DNA of 64,000 nucleotides from Leucoraja erinacea (lineage: Eukaryota). Below, in pieces: positions 1 through 10,800 of the stretch (its first letter is position 1; every line of letters begins with the position of its first letter). Under the pieces are notes generated by a model. The model ran no database searches. It was not told the origin of the DNA and worked only from the letters and a program-made list of their open reading frames with translations. The stretch covers positions 6,882,001-6,946,000 of the forward strand of contig NC_073414.1 in the NCBI RefSeq assembly GCF_028641065.1, given 5' to 3'. The position numbers and the translations under genes were made by a program.

Positions 1-254
1 CAACTAATGGAAGTATCTGTAGATATCGGAGTCATCTGCGCTTTTATCCTTATCTAGACCACTCGTCTGCTCCTGCATGTGTCTGCCCGCAAGTTAATGT
101 TTGATGTTACTTTGCCGACCGACCGTATCTCATCTCATTCCTCCTGAGAGCCTGGCTTAGATCCAGCGCTGAGGTGGGACTCGTGGATTCAAACCCTGCA
201 CCAGACTGTAGGGCAATAATCGCCTACTTTAGGGAACTCTCACACACATAATGC

Positions 255-560
255 AGCACAGTGGCGCAGCCGATAGAGCCACTGCTTCACAGCGCCAGGG
301 ACCTGGGTTCGATCCTGACCTCGGGTGCTGTCTGTGTGGAGTTTGCACGTTCTTCCTGTGACCTCGCCAATTCCCTCCGCGTGCTCTGATTTCCTCCCAC
401 ATTCCCAGAGATGTGCGGGCTTGTAGATTAATTGGCCCTCTGTAAATTGCTCCTAGTGTGTAGGGAGTGGATGATAAATCTAGTGTGAATGGGTGATCGA
501 CAGTCAGCGTGGACCCGATGGGCCGAAGGGCCTGTTTCCATGCTGTATCTCTAAACTAAC
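255..560 (+). mobile_element. tRNA-derived SINE (HE1/V-SINE type)
   Basis: A-box gtggcgcagc, B-box gggttcgatcc, V-domain-like core, CR1-derived tail ending ctaaactaa. Confidence 0.8.
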
Positions 561-2249
561 TGTGGACATCTGTGGGACACGGGAACTAATTCTATACCCT
601 GATTCCACTGCAGAAACTAATTATAAAACAAATGTTTTGACTTTTGTGAATTATTGTTTAAAATGGGGGGAATAATCTGAAGTTTAATGTATAAAATGTA
701 CCAACTGTTTATTATTCTGAATAATTAAAATATGTGATTTTAATTGTTTTTGAGTAATGTACTTGTTGTTTCCTCTGGAGGTCATTATTTTTACTGTCCT
801 GGAATATTTTAAGATTTATTTTAGAGTAACATTCCTTATATTCCAGAGATACTGCATGACCCGCTGAGTTGCTTCAGCACTATGTGTCTATCTTGAGATT
901 TCCAGGACGGAATTCAAAAAGCTGTGTTAATAGAAGTCTTTGGCAGAGTAATAAATTACATGGGCTGCGGTAGAGTTGCTGCCTCACAGCACAAGAGACC
1001 TGGGTTCGATCCTGACCTCGGGTGCTCTCTACACGGAGTTTGTACATGCTCCCCGTGACCTGCGTGGGTTTTCTCCGATTACCTCCCACACTCCAAATAT
1101 TTGCAGGTTTGTAGGTCAATTGGCCTGGTATCATTATAAATTATCCCTAGTGTTCAAGTTACAAGTTCCATTTATTGTCATATTCACCAATTTGAGTTAC
1201 CATACAGCCACATAAATAAAATAAAATGAACACAACACTATAGAATTTAGCATAAACATCCCCCACAGCAGAATCAATGTTTCCCACTGTGAGGGAAGGC
1301 AATAAAGTTCAGTCATCTTCCTCTTGTTCAACTGTGTTCGGGGCCTCCCGAGCCCTCCGCAGTCGCCGCTATGGACGGCCCGATATTCAGGCTCCCTCAA
1401 CGGCATGATCGGAGCTCCGGCGTCGGAACGGAGGAACACTCTCAGCGGCTTGGAGTTCCGAATCGGCCACTTCCTACCGGAGACCGCGGCTTAACATAGA
1501 AACATAGAAATTAGGTGCAGTAGTAGGCCATTCGGCTTCCGAAGTTCACAGGCCGAGCTGGGCGGAGATGCGCCGCCGTGCAGCCCAGTGTGTGCAGGAT
1601 AGTGTTAGTGCGCGGGGATCAGTGGTTGGCGCGGACTCGGTGGGCCGAAGGGCCTGTTTTCGCACTGTCTCTTTAAATTAAACTAAACCCGCTTTGTTTA
1701 AAAACAAGAACGTGAATTAAAACATTGCCCCCCACAGGGTCAGGCCCAGCAATGGAGCGCACACTCCGAGGTGTGGATAAAGTCATGGAAGAGGGTAGAG
1801 TGTATTGAATGGAAGGTTATGACACTCCATTCCCAGGGTATGAATCCTAACTTATACGAGCAAGCTGCCCATACTATTAAATTCAATAGAGACCCAGTCT
1901 TGGGGGGGAAAAAAACTGTTTCCATGTAACCTCCCTGCAGTAATCAGGTACCATTGTCTTTCAAGAACACAGGCTGCTGGTTTTGCGTATAGAACAGGGA
2001 ACAATACAACACAGGAACAGGCCTTTCGGCCCACAATGTCTATGCTGAACATGATGCCAAGTTCAACCGATCTCATCTGCTCGTACATGATCCAAATTCT
2101 TCTATTTCCTGCACTTCAAAGTTTCTATCCAAAAGCTTCTTAAATGCCACTATCATATCTGCCTACACCACCCCCTCTGGCAGCGCGTTCCAGGTCCCCA
2201 CCATCTGTGTAAAAAATACTTTTTTTCGGAGAGGAGCATGTCTTTCTCA

Positions 2250-2570
2250 AACTACTGCACGGATTGCTGCACCGACCGGTGCATGATTGCTGCACCTCCT
2301 ACTGCACGGATTACTGCACCGACCGGTGCATGATTGCAACACGGATTGCTGCACCTCCTACTGCACGGATTGCTGCCCCAACCACTGCATGCTGCATGGA
2401 TTGCTAAAACCGCCTACTGCACGGATTGCTGCACCGACTACTGCACGGATTACTGCCCCGATTGCTGCATGATTGCAACACGGATTGCTGCCCCAACCAC
2501 TGCATGCTGCATGGATTGCTAAAACCGCCTATTGCACGGATTGCTGCACCTCCTACTGCACGGATTGCTA
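2250..2570. repeat. Minisatellite built from 12-bp-type units (ctactgcacgga / ttgctgcaccga) with higher-order duplication
   Basis: Repeated actgcacggattgctgc motifs. These produce the spurious CTDC-rich ORFs. Confidence 0.85.
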
Positions 2571-3010
2571 CCGCCTGTCACCTGTCATGCAGAGTCTCAC
2601 GTTGCAGCGCACGCCTGTCACCTGGCGCTCGCGGCTGCCGGCCCCGGCGTCGCCATGGCCACCGCCTGTCACTCACGCGGCCCTCACGCGGCAGCGCACG
2701 GGAGCGCGGCGCAACCTAACCTGCTGCCGCCGCCGCCGCGCCGCCCCTCATTGGCCAGTCGCGGCACCGCCCCCTGCCCATCACACCCCAATTGGCCCGC
2801 GCCGCTGTCGGTCACGGGGAGGGGGCGGGGCGGGGGTGGTGGGTTTGGTTGAGAGGCGGCGCCTGGGCTGAAGCTTCGCGAAGGCGGCGGCGGTTGGACA
2901 AGGAGAAGGAGAAGGAGCGGCGGCCGGGTTGAAGCTTCGTGAAGGCGGCGGCGGCGTTGAGGTGAAGGACGATCGGAGCGATCGTCGCTCTCGGTGGGTG
3001 CGGCAGGGGA
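2570..3010 (+). promoter_or_regulatory. CpG island / probable promoter and first exon of the CIPC-family gene
   Basis: CpG-dense. CCAAT/ATTGG at ~2750 and ~2790, GC boxes at ~2822-2835, E'-box CACGTT at 2598-2603, candidate donors at ~2962 and ~2994. Confidence 0.6.
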
Positions 3011-5260
3011 GGGGAGGGGAGGGGGGGGGCGTCTCTGCCCCAGAGATCAGGTCGAGAACCGGCACCGATGGCCGGGATGGGGGAGAGGGAAAGGGAGAGA
3101 TGATGATGATGGTGATGGAGGGAGAGAGGGAAGGGGGAGGACAAGGGAGGGGCAGAGGAGGAAAAGTGGGAGGGAGGACGAGGGGAGGGGGGAGGGAGCA
3201 GGAGGAGGAGGAGGAGGGGTTAAGGATGATGGAGAGGGGGTAGAGGTGGAGGGGGAGGGAGAGAAGAGGGTGAAGAGGAGAAGGGGGGAGGAGAGGGGTG
3301 GACAAGGGGAAGGGAGAAGAGGAAAAAGGGAGGGGAGATGGAGGAAGGAGGATAGTGGGAAAGGTAATTGGGGAGGAGAGAGGTGAAGAGGACGGAGAGG
3401 GGGATGAGGAGGGAGATGGTGGACAAGGGGAAAGGAGGGAGAGAGGAAAAGGGGAGGACAAGGGAGGGGGATGGGACAAAGAAGTTGGAGGGAGGAGGAG
3501 GGGAGAGGGAGCAAGAGGAGGAGGAGGGAGTGGTGAGAGAAGGAGGGTTAAGGATGATGGGGGAGGGAGAGAGAGGGTGGAGGGTTGGGGAGAGGAGGGT
3601 GATGGGAGAATGGTGGAGGGGTGATGGGAAGGAAGAAGAGGAAAAAGGGAGGAGAGATGGTGGTAGGAGGATAGTGGGGAAGGTAATTAGGGGAGGAGAG
3701 AGAGGGATTTCGTTGTCTCTGTACTACTCTGTACTGTACACTGACAATGACAATTAAAATTGAATCTGAATCTGAGAGGACGAAGGTGGGATGATGATGG
3801 ATTGAGATGAGGAGCAGGGGAAGGGAGGGAGAGAGGGAAAGGGGGAGGACAAGGGAGGGGGGAGAGGACGAAGAAGCTGGAGGGAGGAGGAGGGGTGAGG
3901 GAGCAAGTTGAGGAGGAGGGAGTGGTGAGAGAAGGAGGGTTAAGGATGATGGAGGAAGGGTAGAGGTGGTGGAGGGTTGGGGAGAGGAGGGTGAAGAGGA
4001 GAAGGGGGTAGGAGAGGGGTGGACAAGGGGAAGGAAGAAGAGGAAAAAGGGAGGGGAGATGGTGGTAGGAGGATGGTGGGGAAGGTAATTAGGGGAGGAG
4101 AGAGAGGGATTTCGTTGTCTCTGTACAGTACTCTGTACTGTACACTGACAATGACAATTAAAATTGAATCTGAATCTGAGAGGACGAAGATGGGATGATG
4201 ATGGAGGGAGATGAGGAGCAGGGGAAGGGAGGGAGAGAGGGAAAGGGGGAGGACAAGGGAGGGGGGAGAGGACGAAGAAGTTGGAGGGAGGAGGAGGGGG
4301 GAGAGGGAGCAAGAGGAGGAGGAGGGAGTGGTGAGAGAAGGAGGGTTAAGGATGATGGAGGAGGGGTAGAGGTGGAGGAGGGTTGGGGAGAGGAGGGTGA
4401 AGAGGAGAAGGGAGTAGGAGAGGGGGATAGGGTGGACAAGGGGAAGGGAGAAGAGGGAAAGGGAGGGGAGATGGAGGAAGGAGGATGGTGGGGAAGGTAG
4501 TTAGGGGAGGAGAGAGAGGGAGAGGACGGAGATGGGATGATGATGGAGGGAGATGAGGAGGAGGGGGAAAGGAGGGAGAGAAGGAAAGGGGGAGGACAAG
4601 GGAGGGGGCAGAGGACGAAGAAGTTGGAGGGAGGAGGAGGGGAGAGGGAGCAAGAGGAGCAGGAGAGGAGGAGGAGGGTTAAGGATGATGGAGGAGGGGT
4701 AGAGGTGGAGGAGGGTTGGGGAGAAGAGGGTGAAGAGGAGAAGGGGGTAGGAGAGGGTGGGACAAGGGGAAGGAAGAAGAGGAAAAAGGGAGGGGGGATG
4801 GTGGTAGGAGGATAGTGGGGAAGGTAATTAGGGGAGGAGAGAGAGGGATTTCGTTGTCTCTGTACAGTACTCTGTACTGTACACTGACAATGACAATTAA
4901 AATTGAATCTGAGAGGACGAAGATGGGATGATGATGGAGGGAGATGAGGAGCAGGGGAAGGGAGGGAGAGAGGGAAAGGGGGAGGACAAGGGAGGGGGAG
5001 AGGACGAAGAAGTTGGAGGGAGGAGGAGGGGAGAGGGAGCAAGAGGAGGAGGAGGGAGTGGTGAGACAAGGAGGGTTAAGGATGATGGAGGAGGGGTAGA
5101 GATGGTGGAGGGTTGGGGAGAGGAGGGTGAAGAGGAGAAGGGAGTAGGAGAGGGGGATAGGGTGGACAAGGGGAAGGGAGAAGAGGGAAAGGGAGGGGAG
5201 ATGGAGGAAGGAGGATGGTGGGGAAGGTAGTTGGAGGGAGGAGAGAGAGGAAGGGAGAGA
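3005..5260. repeat. Polypurine (G/A-rich) complex tandem repeat containing three copies of a LINE 3' end
   Basis: Strongly purine-biased top strand with recurring blocks. atttcgttgtctctgtac...gacaattaaaattgaatctga occurs at ~3708, ~4109 and ~4848. Confidence 0.9.
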
Positions 5261-5429
5261 GTGCGTTAGGTGGCTAGTGTGATGCTAACCTTTAGTGTGA
5301 TACAACTAAAATTAAGTTAGCTCTTTCTTCCCAAAACCCCTTTCTGGCTTAAGTCTTCCCTCCACCACCTCCAGTTTAAATTCCTTTTGGAATATTTTGG
5401 AGGACCAAGAAACCAAGAAGAACCTTGGA

Positions 5430-6545
5430 GGGAGGGATGCAGTGGGTGCGGAAAGGTAGGATATAAAGGGGAAGTGCCACAGAAGGCTGTGGAGGAGAAG
5501 TCAGTGGATATATTTGAGGCAGAAATAGATTCTTGATTAGTACAGGTGTCGGAGGTTATGGGGCATAGGCAGGGGAATGGGGTTAGGAGGGAAAGATAGA
5601 TCAGCCATGATTGAATGTTGGAGTAGACTTGATGGGCGGAATGGCCTAATTCTGCTCCTATCACACGATCTTGTGAAGCCCTGTAATTCATATGGTGAAG
5701 ATACTCTTACATTGACATTGAGGCGATTTTAGAGTTGATTATAAAGTATGAGATTACGCAGTACATAGAACTTCACGATAAAATAGGCCAAAGTCAGCAT
5801 GGTTTTGTGAAGGGAAGATCTTGCCTGCTGAATCTGCTGGGGTTCTTTGAGGGGTAATAGCAGGTCAGACAGAGGGAAGTGTGTAGATGTTCTTTACCTG
5901 ATTTTTCAAAGAACTGCACGTCAGGCTGCTTGGGAAGATGAGAGCCCATGGTATTAATGGGAAGATACTAGCTTGGATAGCAGGTTGGCTGGATGGCAGA
6001 AGGCAAAGTGTTGCAATAAAAGGCATGTTTGAGGAAGGATGTGCTGGCTCTGGAGAGAGTCCAGAGGAGATTTACAAGAATGATTCCAGGAATGAGTGAG
6101 TTAGCATATGATGAGCGCATGACAGCACTGGGCCTCTACTCACTGGAGTTTAGAGGTTGAGGGGGGACCTTATTGAAACTTACAGAATAATGAAAGACAT
6201 AGATAGAGTGGATGTGGAAAGGATGTTTCCACTGGTGGGAGAGTCTAGTACCAGAGGTCGTAGCCTCAGAGTTAAAGGGTGCTCCTTTAGAATGGAGGTG
6301 GGGAGGAACTTCTTTAGTCAGAGGTAATTAATCTGTGGAACTCATTGCCACAGAGGGCTGTGGAGGCCAAGGCAGTGGATATTTGTAAGGCAGAGATGGA
6401 CAAATTCTTGATTAGAAAAGGTGTCAACTGTTATTATGGGGAGAAGGCAGGAAAATGCGATTAGGAGGCAGAGAGCAGCCATAATTGAGTGGCATTGTAG
6501 ACTCGGTGGACCAAATGGCCTAATTCTACTCCTATAACTTGTGAA
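5430..6545 (+). mobile_element. CR1-clade (HER1-like) LINE fragments
   Basis: Degenerate ORF2 remnants ([24 protein letters not shown]) and the characteristic 3' tail. Confidence 0.8.
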
Positions 6546-6999
6546 GGGTTACCATGAATTTTTATTATTATTGAGAGAACAACCTTGTATTCAAATCTGA
6601 AGGACCACATCCCATACTTTCAAGTGTTCTAACAGTATAAAAATGATGACTGTGAGCAGGGAGGAAGATGCAAAGAGGCATCAGCGCTATAAACAGAATT
6701 TGAATGAATTGGCAAGGACAAGGCAGTTGGAATACAATGTGGGAAAAGATGAGTTTGGACACTTTGTTGCGCATAGATCAAGCAAAAAAAGTCAGAAGCA
6801 TTTTACAAAAAGGTGACGTTGGATTATGTTGATGTTCAAAGGGGCATGCAATCTTGTATGCAAGTCTTTTAAAATGAATGCACAAGTGCACAAGTAATTA
6901 GAAAAGCAATTAGTTTGCTGCCAATTTTTACAAGCTGGTGGGTAACGAACTGATGGGCCGAATGGTCTAATGCTGCTCATCACTTATGAACTCGTGGAG

Positions 7000-7615
7000 T
7001 CGTAGGTAGATAGGGTGGTCAAAAAGGCTTTTGGCACGTTGACCATCATCAGTCAAAGAGTATTGAGTGTAGAGATGTTGGGAGGTCATGTGCAGTTGTA
7101 AAAGACGTTGGTGAGACTGCATTTAGAGTATTGTGTTCAGTTCTGGGCATCATGTTATAGGGAAGATATTGTCAAGCTTGAAACGGTACAGAGAAGGTTT
7201 ACGAGGATGTTGCCAGGGCTAGAGGGTATGAGCTATAGGGAGAGGTTGAGTAGGCTAGGACTCTATTCCTTGCGGTGCAGGAGAATGAGAGATGATCTTA
7301 TAGAGGTGTAGAGGAATAGATCGGGTAGATGCACAGTCTCTTGCCCAGAGTTGGGGAATCGTGGACCAGAGGACATCGTTTTAAGGTGAAGGGGAAAGGT
7401 TTTAATAAGAATCTGAGGGGTAACTTTTCACACAAAGGGTGGTGGGTGCATGGAACAAGCTGCCGGAGGAGGTAGTTGAGGCTGGGACTACCCCAACGTT
7501 TAAGAAACAGTTAGACAGGTACATGGATAGGACAGGTTTGGAGGGATATGGACCAAGCGCAGGAAGGTGGGACTAGTGTTGCTGGGACATGTTCGCCGGT
7601 GTGGGCAAGTTAGGT
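7000..7615 (+). mobile_element. CR1-clade LINE 3' fragment
   Basis: [15 protein letters not shown]...[12 protein letters not shown]...RLGLYSL. Confidence 0.85.
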
Positions 7616-7885
7616 TGATATTTTAAGATATTAAGCATTTCCTGATCTGGCAGGACAGTTTATTCTTTGGAAACCTTTACTAACTTTTTAAATAAAAAGA
7701 AAAGGTGGAAAGGTAAATGATGGCTTTGTGGGACCTCCCTCTGTTTACGTGGTAGAGCTGGATAAGCAGGTTTAAGCAACGTGACTATGTAATGCACGTG
7801 TTAAATATGAAGTGGTGCATATTCCAGAAGAAATGAATGGCACTCTTTTCCTTCAGAACTTTTTACTGACCGTGAAGAGGTGTCC

Positions 7886-10800
7886 ATGACCAAAGTTCCC
7901 ATGGCGGAAAACTACAGACCATCACGCAAAGGCGCAAAGGAGAGGATAAGTGCGGTGTCCATTAAACTGGAGAATCCACCAGATGCTCGATACGGCCAAT
8001 CGGAGAAAAATCCCGCTGGTGTTCCTGAGAAGAAACAGAAGTCGATACCACGCGGGTCGGAGAAAGATTCTGGATTTTCGGGTAATGGGAGGCATTATGG
8101 ATTGATTACAGAGAAGTTGTGCTGACACAACCTTTCTTCACAGGATTTTACTTGCATCATGAAGTTGATGGGACCTTCATTGTTTGTGTATTTAGTATTG
8201 AGAAATGTATTTGGAGTAATATTGGTCAGTCACAACAGATAGCACAGGAAACAGCCTATACACATTATACTGGGGAAAACAGACAAGGTCAGTCAAACTT
8301 GAACCACCTTTGAGAAAAACAAAGTGCTGGGATCTTCTTCCTTACGGCGTCCACAGCCTAAAGTTGTAGGACGGCTTGTTCTATTTGATCTTATGTGTTT
8401 GTGCAAGCCAGGTTGATTGCATTCGTCGAAACAGGGCGGACCACGTGAAGGTTGCAATCTCCCACCCCAGTCTGGGATAACTCAGCAGGTCATGCAGCAA
8501 CTTTGGGGGATATAAATCACTGGCATTTTGGCTCTGGACCCTTCTTCAGTCTGAAGAATAGTTCCCACCCAAAGCGTCACCGATCTGTGCTTGCTATGGA
8601 TGCCGCCTGACCCACTGAGTTACTCCAGCACTTTATTTTATTTTTTTGTAAACCAGCATCTGTAGTTCCTTCTGCCTTAAATCATTCATTATGATTGTGT
8701 CTGACCTTCTTAATTAAAAACTTGCTGGTCCCTTCCCATTTTCCTTTGTTTGATTCAACAAGTGAGTATCCAGACTGCCTTTAATTCCCCCCCACCCCCA
8801 ACCACTGTATCCCACTGGTTAGAACAATCTAAAAATCCACGACACTCTGTGTGAAGAAATGTTTCCTCTTCACACACAAGTTATAAGTGGCCATTATCCT
8901 TCCTTTCCGGCTGTTCCTGTTTCCTCCCACATCTCGATGATGTGAGGAGATTAATTGACCTTTGTAAAGAGCCTCCAGTGGAGTGTGTAGAACTAGTGTG
9001 TGAACGGGTTATGAATGGTTGGCATGGGTTTGGTTGGCCAAAGGACCTGTTTCCATGCTGGATCTCTAAACTAAACCTGTCAGGCCTCCCAAAAAGCTCC
9101 CAGATACCTGGCAGCTGATATTACTGGGGTGTTGACTGGTTTGATTTATGGATTGCCACACAAACATCTTGTATAAATGATCCTGTTCATTTGCCGGTCC
9201 TGCCCAAAGCTGGTTGTTGACGCATTGAGATTTTGCCTTATATTCAAATATTCAACCACAACAGTCACTGGGTTTGGCAACTGTCCTTTCCCAAGCACAC
9301 CCATCCCTCTGGAGCTGTTGTGAAATGAGAATTAACTCCAGTTTTTGGACCAGCCTTCATGGACAACTTACCAGTCTATGACACAGATGTGAAAACCACT
9401 GTAGAAGTGTAGCAGCTGCCTTGACTTCTGAAACGAATGCTGCTTCCAGTGCTTGGTTCCTCCCAGTCCCTGTGGTTTCTTCCATTCTGTGTGCACATCA
9501 GTTTATGTTTAAGATTAGGGCTGTTGTATCTAGCCCCTTCGATCTGGCCAGGGGGTCGTATGCATCATCCAAAAGAAAAGTTTAGAACTTTAACTGTATT
9601 TGTAGAAACAAGAGCTGCAGGTGCTGGTTTACAAAAAAAGGAGTAACTGGGTCAGGCAGCATCTCTGGACAACATGGATAGGCAACATTTTTGGTCGGGA
9701 GCTTTCTTCAGGCCGATTGTAGGGTGAGCGGAGGAAAGAAAGCCGTTGGATGCTCATTTGTTGATTCAAAAAAATAAGGGATAAGAGAAGCGGCAAGAAA
9801 GCTGAAGAAAGGTCTCAACTTGAAATATCACCTCTCCATGTTCTCCAGAGATGCTGCCTGACCCGCTGTGTTACTCCAGCACTTTTGTGTCCTTTTAATG
9901 ACTGATTCTTTTGGGGGGGGGGGGGGGGGGGTTACCTATATCTGTTACTTGACGATTAATTTTGAAAGCATTTCCTAATATGAATGCAAAGGCCACACAA
10001 AAAGAATTATTCCATTAGAGAGTAAAATAGAGGAACCTGGATGTAAACGGGTACCAGCACAGAGAAATAACGGCCCACTTGTATTTCCATATCAAAGATC
10101 AGGGATGTTCCTGCACAGTGCCCTCCATAATGTTTGGGACAAAGAGCCATCATTTATTTATTTGACCTTTGTAAAGAGCCTCCAGTGGAGTGTGTAGAAC
10201 TAGTGTGTGAACGGGTTTGAGATTTGTAAGAGAAAAAAATCACATGTGGTTAAAGTGCGCATTGTCAGATATTATTATTTTTATACATTTTGGTTTCACC
10301 ATGTAGAAATTACAGCTGAGCTTATACATAGTCCCCCACTTCAAGGCACCATAATGTTTGGGACACATGGCTTCACTGGTGTTTTTAATTGCCCAGATGT
10401 GTTTAATTGCCTCCATAATGCAGGTATAAGACAGCTCTCAGCACCGAGTCTTTCCTCCAGTCTTTTCATCACCTTTGGAAACTTTTATTGGTGTTTATCA
10501 ACATGAGGAGCAAACCTTTAGTGCACAGAATTATGATATGACTGAAAGGATGATAGAAGTAAATCAAGTAGTAATTTTCCAAATGGGACAATGTTTTCAG
10601 GACTGTGGCAAGATGAGAACAGTAATGAAAAGTTAGATGGTTTTTTGCAAAGAACCAGCGTGGGTACAGTTTGTTGAATGGCATCTTGGTGTTGTGGGAT
10701 TTAGTGGTCAGTCGGCAGAGCTTCCTTGCTAATCTCCAGTGGGTGGAAGTGTATAGGCAATCTGTGTTGCCTCTGTGTTCTATTGCTGATTGTGTTGCTC

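Noticed and set aside
255-330. tRNA-like A/B boxes
   Set aside because: Head of a SINE present in many copies. No complete cloverleaf.
2287-2871. Cys-rich (CTDCC) metallothionein- or keratin-associated-like ORFs
   Set aside because: They derive from a minisatellite that is open in several frames, mostly with non-ATG starts.
2781-5230. Long Pro/Ser- or Gly/Glu-rich ORFs (up to 303 aa)
   Set aside because: By-products of the low-complexity polypurine repeat. No splice or domain support.
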